NCBI RefSeq assembly: GCF_006345805.1
Contig: NW_021831829.1
Location: forward strand, 1,194 to 65,193
Direction of reading: 5' to 3'
DNA from: Octopus sinensis
Lineage: Eukaryota
DNA length: 64,000 nucleotides
Both the position numbers and the translations under genes were made by a program. The notes below the pieces were generated by a model. It was not told the origin of the DNA and did not search any database. It worked only from the letters and a program-made list of their open reading frames with translations. Positions 12,770-25,233 of this stretch are shown here, piece after piece. Within the stretch, counting starts at the first letter, position 1, and the number at the start of each line of letters is the position of its first letter.

Positions 12770-12853
12770 ATATACCTATAAAATAACATGCCGCGCGCTT
12801 GCAATCGTTATCCTAAAATATATTTCCAACGATATGTGTTATGATCCGGAGGC

Positions 12854-13400
12854 ATATTGTTATATTTTAAAAATTAGCACTGCTATACTCAATATCTCGC
12901 TTCTTTTTCGAACAAGTCATGGTACTATTTTAGGGATATTGAGTAGCTATATCTAGTTGCTGAAAGAGGAAGGTAGAGTAGAGGCTCTTGTGCTCACTAT
13001 GCACGTTATCAACATTGCAACCGCAAATATATATAAGGTGTCTCTCCAGGCCACTTCCTTGCTTTATAATCTATGCACTCAGTTGTCATAGAAACAATAG
13101 AAATTCTAGTGTCATCTGCATAATGAACTGCTGGATCATAATTGAAAGCTGCTTCATAGAATTTGCTTCTCTGAGCTGTTGCAACTGCTCTTCGTTCTGC
13201 AGTGGATATCCTATTCCTTGTACGTCGTGCATACATCTCTTCATTACTTTGAGATGCTCTGGCTTTTGTAGTGCACAATCTGTTCGTTTCTTGGTATGCT
13301 TCCCTTTCTGAAACTGACTTTTTCTCTCCCTGGACAGAGACATTCTTTTGGATAACCTTGACATTGTAGACACATTTGATACTTTCATTCTAGGTATGGT
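12854..13400 (-). pseudogene. Helitron Rep/helicase N-terminal coding relic
   Basis: ORF 13009-13278 contains AFNYDP...M...C...KWPGETP, which I recognise as the region upstream of the Rep domain in animal Helitrons; the frame breaks after it. Confidence 0.6.
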
Positions 13401-13444
13401 TGTATATGTATACAGAAATACGCAGGTGCTGAAGATAGTAAACA

Positions 13445-13605
13445 ATGAAGATAGCTCGGTAAGCTTGCGTCCCAATCTCATGGTTCTGGGTTCAGTACCA
13501 CTGCGTAGCACCTAGCGCAAGTATCTTCTACTATAGCCCCCAGCTAACCAAAGCCTTGTGGGTTGATTCGGTTGACAGAAACTGAAAGAAGCCGTCGGAT
13601 ATATA
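13445..13605 (+). mobile_element. SINE family B (tRNA head plus CORE-like segment)
   Basis: catggttctgggttcagtaccactgcg...gcaagtatcttctactatagc...gaaactgaaagaagcc. Confidence 0.8.
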
Positions 13606-13996
13606 TAGTCTTTCTGTCAGTAATACGTCGTTGTTGTTTGAAAATAGCGATTGTAAACTTACAGTAAAAGCAATAGAGAGTGAATGAGATATAGAAAGAA
13701 GAGGAGAGAGAGTGAGGTAGCTAGTTAGACAAATAAGATAGATATAGATAGATAAGGTATGGGGAGAAAGATACAGAGAGAAAGAGATGGAAATAGAGAT
13801 AGATAGAAGGAGAGGGATAGAGAGATATAGATAGGGCGATATAGACGTCACTGACGCTAAACACCGGGAGTAAATACTTTTTAAAACTTTCAAAGATGTG
13901 AATCTAATATGCAAAGCAATATTTTTTACTTTTAATAAATATACCAAATGAAGAGCATCGGTTGTCAAGCGATGTTGGGGGGACAAACACAGACAC

Positions 13997-14035
<39 letters not shown>

Positions 14036-14038
<3 letters not shown>

Positions 14039-14153
14039 AATGAAAGAATGGAGTCGAACGAAGACGTTAACAAAAATCCTTTACTCTCGACATATATGTC
14101 GAGAGTAAAGGAATTTTGTTAACATCTTCGTTCGACTCCATTCTTTCATTTAT
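14036..14153. repeat. 118-bp near-perfect palindrome
   Basis: Centre CATA|TATG at 14094/14095; two mismatches; related to 57513-57638. Confidence 0.95.
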
Positions 14154-14304
14154 TCATATACAGCACACAAATTTCTGCACATGAACCCGGAGTTTCTACC
14201 CTTGGACAGGTCGATTCAACCGTGTTTTTGACATGAATTTGCTACCCTGGTTTCGGTTCAACGAATTTTCCATGCTGACGATAAACATAGGATAATTCAT
14301 TCAC

Positions 14305-14339
<35 letters not shown>

Positions 14340-14348
14340 CATATATAC

Positions 14349-14512
14349 GACGGTCTTCTTTCAGTTTCCGTCTACCAAATCCACTTCCAAGGCTTTTATC
14401 GGCCCGAGGCTATAGTAGAAGACACTTGCCCAAAGTGCCACGCAGTGGGACTGAAACCGGAACCATGTGGTTCGTAAGCAAGCTACGTACCACACAGCCA
14501 CTCCTACGCCTA
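14349..14512 (-). mobile_element. SINE family B
   Basis: ttcagtttccgtctaccaaatccac...gaagacacttgcccaaagtgccacgcagtgggactgaaaccggaaccatgtgg. Confidence 0.85.
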
Positions 14513-14549
14513 TGCATATATATATATTATATATATATATATACATATA

Positions 14550-14603
<54 letters not shown>

Positions 14604-14934
14604 CCTCTATATGTAGATGTGTATGTGTGTGTATGATTTTGTGCGCGCCTATGTATATGTGGGTATGTGAATATTTATTGCTATGTAAATAAAGTGTTAG
14701 AAAGTATTGAAGACAAAGTTATGCTGGGCTAATGGCTTAATTTTCTCAGTAAAAACAGGAATAATATAAAATATTTCTGAAAATAAAGTAATCTAATTAA
14801 TTATTCCGTAATATGAATTTCTCTTCAAAGCATCTTATGTTTGATCCTTATTATCATTCCACCACATCTGTGTTTGTATCTAAACGTATATGTTGCACTC
14901 TTTGACCATTCTTTTTCTTTTCTTTCCTTTTCTT

Positions 14935-15330
14935 TTACATGTTTCAGTCATTTGACTGCGGCCATGCTGGAGCACCGCCTTTAGTCGAGCAAATCGACCC
15001 CCGGGACTTATTCCTTTGTAAGCCCCGTACTTATTCTATCGGTATTTTTGCCGAACCGCTAAGTGACGGGGACGTAAACACACCAGCATCGGTTGTCAAG
15101 CAATGCTAGGAGGACAAACACAGACACACAAGCACACACACACACATATATATATATACACATATGTACGACAGGCTTCTTTCAGTTTCCGTCCACCAAA
15201 TCCACTCACAAGGCATTGGTCGGCCCGGGGCAATAGCAGAAGACACTTGCCCAAGATGCCACGCAGTTGGACTGAACCCGGAACCATGTGGTTGGTTAGC
15301 AAGCTACTTACCCTACAGCCACACTCTGCG
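14935..15330 (-). mobile_element. Full composite SINE B/C (B head, CA/TA microsatellite, C tail)
   Basis: B head at 15168-15330 joined through a microsatellite to the tail tttcagtcatttgactgcggccatgctggagcaccgcc. Confidence 0.85.
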
Positions 15331-16006
15331 CCATGGTCATCTTTTATAACGAAATCTCGAGCGAAATGCCTCCATACCTAGCCTTTCTTTGCCAAAACAA
15401 AGTTTGAATCAACTATGTGTTTTTGCATGTAAATGTGTGTGTCTGTGTGGGTGGGTGTGTCTGTGTGGATATGTGTGTTTGTGCGTGTGCGTGCGTGTTT
15501 GTAAGCCCTTTATCTTCAGGCACTTTATGTACTTAAGATTAATTCGTTAAGAATTATGGCCAGGCTTTTCTATTACAATCCATTAAGGAAAACATTGCTA
15601 AATTAATAATTTATCAGGTACAGCATTGATTACAATTCTCACGTCGAATCTGTAAGCTCCTACTTATCTTCTGTACAAATTACAAGTGGTTAAATAGGTT
15701 CTTTCTACATATGTTAAACTGACTATATCTATTCGAGTAGGAAAATGCTAAGCTGTTGCGACGTGGTGAAACCGAGACAAGATATACCATAGCTAACCTT
15801 AGAAGATCATAAATGACATTTTTTCACTTCTTTATGCATTTTTTTATAATAGCCAGCAAATAGCCAGCAAGTTAATCCTTTCCAATTTTGTTGAAATTAT
15901 CACTTTTCTTATTTAAAATGTCTAACATCTTTTGTTAGACTTTTGGTTTGCTTTGCTCTTCGCCATGTGAGTGGATTTGGTAAATGGAAATAGTATGGAA
16001 GCACAC

Positions 16007-16062
<56 letters not shown>

Positions 16063-16448
16063 TGTATGTATGTTTGTATGCATGTATATATTTATTATAA
16101 ATTTTATAAATGATACTGCTTAGCTTGCATTAGTAAAGTGTAAAACAGTAAATGACTTGATAACCTGGAATAATTGTAATTCTCTAAGTTTCTTTTTAAA
16201 TATCCATATATATATATGTTTATAAATATGTACGTATGTATGTATATGTATATGTATATATATGTATGTATGTATGTATATATGTGAAGGCGCATGGCTC
16301 AGTGATTAGAGCGTTTCTCCTAATTTTTATTTCTATTCCTTTTTCCACTTTTCCATACAGCAGACTGTTTTCATCTAAAAAATGGGACGTAATCGAGGGA
16401 AAAATACACCGGACATTTAAGGGGCATTCATAATTTTACATAAGAAAA

Positions 16449-16668
16449 CGCGGCGAGATAGCACCATGGTTAGCACGCCAGGTCAAATATTTAGCGACAT
16501 TTCGTCCGTCTCTGCGTTCTGAGAACAAATGCCAAAGGGGTCGACTTATCCTTTCACCCTTTCGAGGTCGATAAAATAAGTACCAGTTGAACACTGTGGT
16601 CGATTTAATTGCTTTTGCCCTTTCCTTGAAATTGCGGGCATTTCGTCAAAATTTGAAGCCAATATTAC
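16449..16668 (+). mobile_element. SINE family A2 (A head and core, different tail)
   Basis: A-type core cctttcacccttttcgaggtcgataaaataagtaccag; tail aaattgcgggc...aaaatttgaagccaatatt. Confidence 0.8.
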
Positions 16669-16982
16669 GTAAGATATACACGATGTGTTTTGAAACACGT
16701 GTTGTAATCAACGACCTCTTGCATCCGTTTTATTTGCAGATTTTATTCTAGTATTATTAGCTACGGTTGTTGCGTTTGAATTAGAGTTCAATGGCACCTT
16801 TCATCTTATCGGAATTTTTTTTCACTCATCACGACATGAAGCGTAACATTTCTAAAGCGTTGATAAATGAAAATTATTGACCAATTATCGAATGATTTCG
16901 ATTTCCTTTGCAAATTTGTTTACGCCAGTGACTTAGAAACTGCGTTTTACTGCGATCCCTCGACTGATCCTATTAATTACAT

Positions 16983-17020
<38 letters not shown>

Positions 17021-17231
17021 TGTGTGTGTGGTGTGTGTGTGTGTGTGTGTATCAGTGTGTGTATCAGTGTGTGTAAGTTTGCCTTTGCCTGCTTGTTTGT
17101 GTGCATTTTTAATGTTAGCCGTCTTATTTCTAAGATGACAAGGAGTGTAACCTAACTAAGTTTCGTTAATACATTGATTAGGATAGGTGAAGATGGATAA
17201 CTGTTGACGCGGAGGTTCATGTACACAGTCC

Positions 17232-17940
17232 GGACCTTTTCGGTTTGAACGGCAGTTTTTTCTAGCGGTGTCATATGAAATTGTCACCCATAATTATGAC
17301 CCTAGTATAGATCTATTGCATTTCAATCTGTTTGAGGGTTAGGGTTAGAGTTAGGGTTAGGGTTAGAGTTAGGGTTAGGGTTAGGGGTGGGGGGAAGGGT
17401 ATCTTTATTTCTTTAGAAATGTAAATAAACCCAATCTGTTTCTTAAATGAGGGACATATTCATACGGCACAGAACGTTTCACCTCAATAGACGTCATTGA
17501 TTGTTTGAAATTGCAGAAATTGAGAAAAAAACAACAAATATCTTACAAACTATAGAATTTTCTCAATAAAGCCAAGAGAAAAAGATGTTTTATAAACACA
17601 TTCTACCAGTATACGAAGTTTAAAAGTGTTTAGCTAGGTGGAAATTATTTTTAAAAAATTGCCGTTCAAACCGAAAACATCCTAAACCGAATTGGTTTCT
17701 TAATCAAGGGACATATTCATACGGCACAGAATGTTTTCACCTCAATAGACGTCATTGATTGGTTGAAATTGCAGAAATTGAGAAAAAAACAACAAATATC
17801 TTACAAACTATAGAATTTTCTCAAAAAAGCCAAGAGAAAAAAGATGTTTTATAAACACATTCTACCAGTATACGAAGTTTAAACGTTTCTAGTTAGGTGG
17901 AAATTACTTAAAAAAACTGCCGGTCAAACAGAAAAGATCC
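17232..17940. mobile_element. Merlin-like MITE, copy 2, with duplicated 3' part
   Basis: Same TIRs as 5052-5470. TSD CACAGTCC (17224-17231) / CACAATCC (17941-17948). 17426-17682 is repeated at 17683-17940. Eight TTAGGG/TTAGAG hexamers. Confidence 0.85.
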
Positions 17941-18490
17941 CACAATCCTAAAGAGATAAACCGATAATGCTACAACTATATTTCGTTATTGTGTTAGTAA
18001 AAAAATTGTTATCTGTGTTCGTGTATTCTCAGCGATATATCATTAATGTATTGAAGTTTTCTACTCATTTATATTAGTTTCGTTAATCCATTATATCTAC
18101 AATCTATTCCAAGTTATTTCGCATTATATTTTTCGCTGTCACGAATTTGTCTGGCTCTTGTATTTTCCCTTCCTCGAGACTTTCTCATATATCTAATATG
18201 TTTCGTCTCTATTATTGACGTTTAATAAGATTGCATTAAACAACATGATTATAAGACTGTATCGAAAATTCCACGTCGTATGCGAGTGATTTATAATTTC
18301 ACACACATAGACACACACACGTATATAATATACATGCGTATGTGTGTGCATGTGTATGTATGTATACCTATACAGTAATAAATATCTACATACATGTGCA
18401 CGTGTCCTGCGTATGCTTACATAAATATATATATACACACACACACACATATATATATATATACACAAAATATACGTTATATATATATAT

Positions 18491-18692
18491 AGCAAGGAAA
18501 AATTGTAAAAAGGCAGAATGCTAAGTTGGAAGAAAATTTTAATGAAAATGGGTGTATGGAAAACGTTTTTGAAAAATTGATAAAATATATATATATATTT
18601 TATCAATTTTTCAAAAACTATTTCCATACACCCATTTTCATTAAAATTTTCTTTCAATTTAGCATTCTGCCTTTTTACAATTTTTCCTTGCT
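18491..18692. repeat. 202-bp near-perfect palindrome centred on (TA)n
   Basis: agcaaggaaaaattg...taaaatatat|atatatatttta...caatttttccttgct; four mismatches. Confidence 0.95.
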
Positions 18693-18737
18693 TATCATTT
18701 CTCCACGTGCGGTCAACATAACCCCACCATTTATTGA

Positions 18738-18779
<42 letters not shown>

Positions 18780-18949
18780 ACATATATACATAACATATAT
18801 ACATATATATATATATATTTAACATATACATTATATATAGACTAACCATTTACAGACACACATGCATATATATACATTCACATTTATACACACACTCACA
18901 CATACGCACATGCACACACATATCCCAGACAAGATATGTAGCACGCCAG

Positions 18950-19553
18950 CGGGTAGATGCACCACGTCACGTGCTCAGTAAGAGATAGCAGTGACCTTCG
19001 TGGAGTAATACGAGGAGTGTCATCGCTGTATTTATTTCACATGTTTTGGAAATTGGGTTTTTGTGATCAGGTGTATGCTGTGGTCTGTTCTGCGATTTTT
19101 GTCATGGACGTGCAATTTTGCGATACACTTGTGAAGTCTGCTACAGAGACATTGATCATGCTTCTGCAAGATTACCGTGACGAGGCACTGGGTCCAACGC
19201 AATGTTTTTAATTGAATAGGCGCACGACGGAGCCGCAGTCCAATCAAGAAGACGCTCATCGTTTTTTGGGTTTTTTTTTACATCCGCTAAAGTTTACGTC
19301 GAGATTTAATTCCTCAGGGGCAGGCCGTCACTCGTGAGTTCTATAGCGACGTTTTGAAGCTTTTGAGAGAGAACATTCGGTGAAAGTGTGGAACGCGAAG
19401 AATTCGATTTTTTACGACTGCAATGCACCCTGTCATAGAGATCTCCCCATTTGTAGATTTCTCGCCAAAAACAACACGTTATTGCTTCCGCACCCGCCAT
19501 ATTCCCCGTTTTTACCACTTGTGGACGTCCAACTCTTCCTCGAGATGAAAAGT
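18950..19553 (+). mobile_element. Decayed, internally deleted mariner element
   Basis: Frames give VKSATETLIMLLQDYRDEALGPTQCF (mariner N-terminus), IPQGQAVTREFY and CNAPCHR..FLAKNNTLLLPHPPYSP (mariner HPPYSPDLAP region). Confidence 0.85.
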
Positions 19554-19611
19554 GGTAGGAAGGCTGAGACCGATGTGTTTGCTACGCAATATGATTATTT
19601 CAAATCACAAA

Positions 19612-19835
19612 GCGGCCGGCTGGCAGAATCGTTAGCACGCCGGGCGAAATGCTTAGCGGTATTTCGTCCGTCCTTACGTTCTGAGTTCAAATTCCGCCAT
19701 GGTCGACTTTGCCTTTCATCCTTTCAGGGTCGATTAAATAAATACCAGTTACGCACTGGGGTCGATATAATCGATTTAATCCCTGTCTGTCCCTGTTTGT
19801 TCCCTCTATGTTTAGCCCCCTTGTGGGCAATAAAA
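19612..19835 (+). mobile_element. SINE family A1 monomer
   Basis: Full head, core and tail, ending GGGCAATAAA. Confidence 0.9.
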
Positions 19836-20035
19836 AAATTAATTATTATTATTTCAAATGACATGATGTTAAAACTTAGGTAAATATGTTATATTCTATT
19901 AAACACAACTATTCCGAGAATTTTTTGATACTTATCGGATTCTTGTATTTCAAATTTTTGTTCCATATGGAAAACTTACAAATCTTAAGTGAGTTTTTGT
20001 ATATCACCGACCTGTATTTTCCAATATATTTTGCG

Positions 20036-20039
<4 letters not shown>

Positions 20040-20100
<61 letters not shown>
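20040..20100. repeat. Pure (GT)n microsatellite
   Basis: Directly visible. Confidence 0.95.
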
Positions 20101-20104
<4 letters not shown>

Positions 20105-20529
20105 GTGTCTGCTATTTATTGTAAGACTAATTAGGCTTTTTGCCGAGAAGTTTTCAGGTACCATTGACATTTCTGGAAAAAATCCCCTTATTAACTCGAA
20201 CCCATGCCGCACTGTATTGTAGTTTTTCATACTTTCTTCAATCATCGTTTTTTAGACTCCCATGTGTCTTTTCAAATCTTACTGCTTGCTTATAATTTAC
20301 CTACATTCCCGAAGCTCATATCAAAAGTAGTTTGATATCGAATGTCTTAACATCAGTATTGTTGCTTATAGAATTCCAGAGTTAGTCAGTGGTTCAATGC
20401 ACATCTCGTGGAGGACTGCCCGTAACCATATGTACAAGAACCAACTCAAGGTTCTTCGGTCGAGAAGCTCCTGAGATATATCGTAACAAAGGATAACGGT
20501 GTCACCGTTTTCTGTTTCTTCTCCATTTC

Positions 20530-20712
20530 CTGTTTCTCAATTCCACTTTTGGAATCCGGCCTAGAAATCATTTTTTCCGTAATCGAGTCGAGGACCTTCT
20601 GTGATTCGGTCTTGATCTCGACAACGGTATTAAAACGGCGGCCTTTGCGCTGTGTTTTCATCTCGAGGAAGAGTTGGACGTCCACAAGTGGTAAATATGG
20701 GGAATATGGCGG
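20530..20712 (-). mobile_element. Mariner C-terminal fragment, inverted relative to 18950-19553
   Basis: PPYSP..LVDVQLFLEMKTQRKGRRFNTVVEIKTESQKVLDSIT; shares 58 bp with 19494-19551. Confidence 0.8.
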
Positions 20713-21864
20713 ATCCCGATATCTTGTATGCTTGATATTTAAAATATTTGATATTTATGCAATGAAGCATAATTCGATGTGAAAATAATGCTGTTGATTT
20801 ATTCTTAAATCAATGTAAATAAAATAGATGTTTTTTTTTTATATTCAATTCATCAACGTATTACTGCAAGAAAAAAAAAATTTACCAACCCCGTCCTCCA
20901 ACTCTCCATTACCGCATTCCTTGTACAACTGAGAAATAAATAGTAGACCGCTCCTTGCTATAGGTCAGCATTAAATTGTATCAATGGAACTGCCTGATAA
21001 AGAAAAGTTCCTCAAGAGAATGAATCAGTTAACTTGCCATATGATTGGAATTATAAAGAAGATGCAGCTTTAGAAAATACACAGGCAGACTTATAGTTGA
21101 ATATATAGTAAACAATATATTCGGATAGCGATACACTGGAGGCATATATCCCATTGATTATTCTCAGGAATGACATAATCGTTTGTAAAGTCTACACATA
21201 ATAATAGACGTCTGGATGTATGGTTATTTCAACTTAATTCTTTCGAACAACAACCATTCATTTCAATACATTTAAATGTAATAAGATTCTTTTTTATTTT
21301 ATTCATGTGATATCGAAAAATCTCACGATTTTTTTCACAAACGCCCAAGAATTGATTGTGTTTCATTGTTACATTTACGTTCTTGGAATGTATGCAAAAA
21401 CTCATTTTATAATTTCTTCATATATTTATATGTATATATTGTATCTCACAATAGAGCAGCTATATTCAGAAGACACTAGATTTCATTTCTACTTGTAGAA
21501 ATATCGTGCAATCGCCGGTGATCTTTTTAGCAGTATCCGACAAAAAAAATATTCTTAGCTTTCCCATAAACTCATATTATTTCTTAGAGTGAAAAGCAGC
21601 CGTCAAAGTAAGAAATAGAGATTAAGAAATAAAATATACTGATCCAGTCTATAGGTCTATTGCAGATATCAATATCTTAAGATCAAAGCAGCGAAACATT
21701 GTGTAGCTTTGAATGCAGCCCGGTAGGGAAGCAAACGTCATAATGAAAATTCACATCCCGATAACACAAGCTTGAATATGATACTCTTCCGCGTTATAAA
21801 GCCTGATCTACACAGATAACTCATGTAATCCATTAATGCGGTGATTATTATTAATCCTCTAAGG

Positions 21865-22280
21865 AAGGCGACATGCTGTCAGAATTGTTAGCATACCGAG
21901 CAAAATGCTTAGCGGCTTATCGTCGGTCTTCACGTTCTAGATTCAAATTTCAACGAGGTTGACTTTGCCTTTCATTCCCTCGGAGTCAATAAAATAAGTA
22001 CTATTGATCACTTGGGTCGATGTAATCGACTTAACCCCCTCTCCCTAAATCAATGGCCTTGTGCAAAAATTGGAAACCATTATTAATCCTCTAAGAAAGG
22101 TGACAAGTAGGTAGAACAGACAAAGTGTCGGGAAAAAAAGGGTTAGCAGAATTTCGTCAGTTTACACTTGAGTTCGAATTCCGCTGAGATTGACTTTTCC
22201 TTGAATCTGGAGATGATACATTGACTTCTCCCTACCTAAACTTGAAAAAGCTATTGGCCCTGTGTCAAAATTTGAATAAG
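21865..22280 (+). mobile_element. Two adjacent SINE A2 copies, the second degraded
   Basis: A-type heads at 21865 and about 22097; the 17-mer attattaatcctctaag precedes both (21847-21863 and 22079-22095). Confidence 0.7.
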
Positions 22281-22957
22281 AAATACTGAAATGTTCAAAT
22301 TCGAACCTTGATAACATACGGTTAAAACGTTTGGTTCTCAATTGTGTTTGTTTCTAGATGAATCCCACCGCGCTGCAACCTGGGAACGTATATTTTTGTG
22401 TAATCACGATTTGAACATTGATTTGTAGAAGAAATATATGAATCTTTCAAATACCTCTTGTAAAGGGAATTCTTGGTAGAAAGGGAAGTGGTGCACCCTA
22501 GGGAAATTTGTAACAGGGTAGGTAAATAGAAAGATTTGGACCCGAGTTAATGAACTTGATCTAAGCATATGACTGAAGGCTGAAAAGTACGGAAGGGAGA
22601 GGAGCACCTACTATGAATGAGTAGTTTGATTCGGTATCTGTAATGTTCCTTGGTCACCTCTGCATAGTTTTCCCACCCCCACAGGAATGTTTTATATTGT
22701 AATTACTATTTTTAATTATGCAAGACTAGGCTCGATGTAATCGGCTAGTACCGAGCCTAAAGTTTCTGGCCTTTAGTAGAAAAGATTTTCGATATTATTG
22801 ATGTAGAAATATTATTTATAAGCAAAGGTATTTTTCTTCCCCATTCCCGAAATGTCAGGTCCTTTTTCAAACTACATCATGCAAACTTATCCAAACACAA
22901 ACATCCGTGGTTAAATTATTACAGAAGCAAACCAACACAAGTTCCCCGATGGAGTGG

Positions 22958-23225
<268 letters not shown>

Positions 23226-23713
23226 TCTCTGTTATATTATGTTATGTGTTATAATCAACCATCTGCTTTGTGTAGCAGAACATTTTCCAACATTCTATGC
23301 CACTATAATATTTATATATGATGAGACCCTATCTGGTTCTTATAGGAAACCATAAAGTGTTATTTATCTTTTTTTTTATCTAGACATCTGATTCAGGAAC
23401 AACATTGATAGGATTTGAAAATATATATAATTAACAATATATTTCTCAATTACATACTTACGCGTTTCTCGGTTATACGTATGTGTGTGTGTGTGTATCT
23501 TACAGACAAAAATGTAAGTTCTGAATGCACTAAGAGCCATGAAAACATCAGAAATTACCCAAATTTCTGTTGTTTTGACGGTTATACTACGATCGAGATC
23601 TATTTGTTTTTCTGTAAAATACGAAACACATTCGAAATTTCCAAAGCTAATCGAACAGAATGTTGTTGTATATTTGTATATATATATATATATAATATAT
23701 ATATATATATATA

Positions 23714-23904
23714 CACTTTATTTAAAGCAGCAGAAAATTCAACAAAATCTGTTACTCTGAGTTTCTCGTTGCCGTTCATCAGACAGTTTTTGTTACATTC
23801 AATTCATCAACAGATTACTGCAAGAAAAAAAAAGTTGCAACAACCCCGTCCCCCAACTCAGAGTAACAGATTTTGTTGAATTTTCTGCTGCTTTAAATAA
23901 AGCA
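23714..23904. mobile_element. TA-flanked MITE with roughly 48-bp TIRs (Tc1/mariner-type)
   Basis: ctttatttaaagcagcagaaaattcaacaaaatctgttactctgagtt and its exact reverse complement; TA at 23712-23713 and 23905-23906. The internal part recurs at about 20843-20905. Confidence 0.85.
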
Positions 23905-23969
23905 TATTACTCTACCACTGGTATTTGAGTACTCTTTTCTTCCACCTTGTTTCACATTTATGTGTTTAC

Positions 23970-24024
<55 letters not shown>

Positions 24025-24759
24025 TGTATGTGTGTATGCATGTATGCATTATGTATGTTATGTATGTATGCATTTATGTGTATATGTGTATGAAGTGCAC
24101 GCACCTACGTATGTATATATGGATGTATATATATATATATATAGATATATATATATACATATGTTGGTACAGGACGTCACCAACGGTGAAATTAACCTGA
24201 AATACGTAAACAACTAGAAGAAATGGAAAACATGACAAATAAACACAGAGAAAGGACCCCTCATCAGTTATCAGCTGTCTAACTACTCCTCATTTCGAGC
24301 ATTAATAAGTAATAACAAAGTAAGTGGCTAGTAAGCATAAAGACCAATGGGTAAATTTATAAATATATAATCAAGTGTACAAGTACCAGCGTTGCTAGAA
24401 ATAAGATTTGGATTTCGTCAGCTTGTTAAATTTACAGTGATATTGTGGATTATTTGAGAATTTTTCGACTCCTCTTCCTAGCAGCACTGGTACATGTAGT
24501 ATTGATTTTATATATATATATATATAGATATAATATATATCTATATATATTATATATATATACAGAGAGAGACAGAGAAAAAGGAGAGAGAGAAAGAAGA
24601 GAGAGAGAGCGAGAGAAAGAGAGAGAGACACAGAGAGAGCGAGAGAAAGCGAGAGAGAAAGAGAGAAAGAGAGAGAGACATACATACATACAAACCTACC
24701 TACCTACACATGCTGTGGCATCGAAAACACGGGTAAACGGCTCCTTTCCCCAGAAAAGA

Positions 24760-24878
24760 AAAGATTTTACTGCTATTCTTTGCATGCTCTGCTAGCACGT
24801 AACAGGTATTTCCGGTTCTTTATCGCAAATAGTTGTTACGTGGTAGCAGAGCGTGCTAGAAATAGCAGGCAAATCTTT
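24760..24878. repeat. Short foldback (roughly 45-bp imperfect arms, 29-nt loop), probably a MITE
   Basis: tgctattctttgcatgctctgctagcacgtaaca versus tgttacgtggtagcagagcgtgctagaaatagca. Confidence 0.7.
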
Positions 24879-25202
24879 TGAGTTGAGATAATTTGAATGC
24901 ACTCCAAAAAAAAAAATTGTAATGGTATTCCCTTGCGGCGATCTTTCGATTTGACTTCCAGAACTGTCGCTTTGACTCTCACAAATGTCATCCGGATCAC
25001 CTGGTTTTGTTCGTTAATTTCCGTAAAAAAGTTTTTTTATTTATTTACTTTTGCTTTAAATTGAAAGAGAGGAGAAAGTAAAAGTTGTATGATCGTGTAT
25101 ATGAAATGGACCTGTATGTTTGCGTGTGTGAGAGAGAGAGAGTGCCACTTACAAATACATGAGAAGACACACGTTCACTCACTCACTCTCTCGCTATTGC
25201 TC

Positions 25203-25233
<31 letters not shown>

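Noticed and set aside
5156-17399. True telomere or chromosome-fusion site
   Set aside because: Only 3-8 hexamers, located inside a TIR/TSD-bounded element.
22400-22680. Possible old LINE 3' fragment
   Set aside because: No diagnostic motif could be read in any frame.
24245-24300. Hammerhead words on the minus strand (GCTCGAAA ... CTGATGA)
   Set aside because: The order and pairing do not give stems I-III. The motifs at 23760-23785 and 54816-54845 likewise lack a valid stem III or GAAA.
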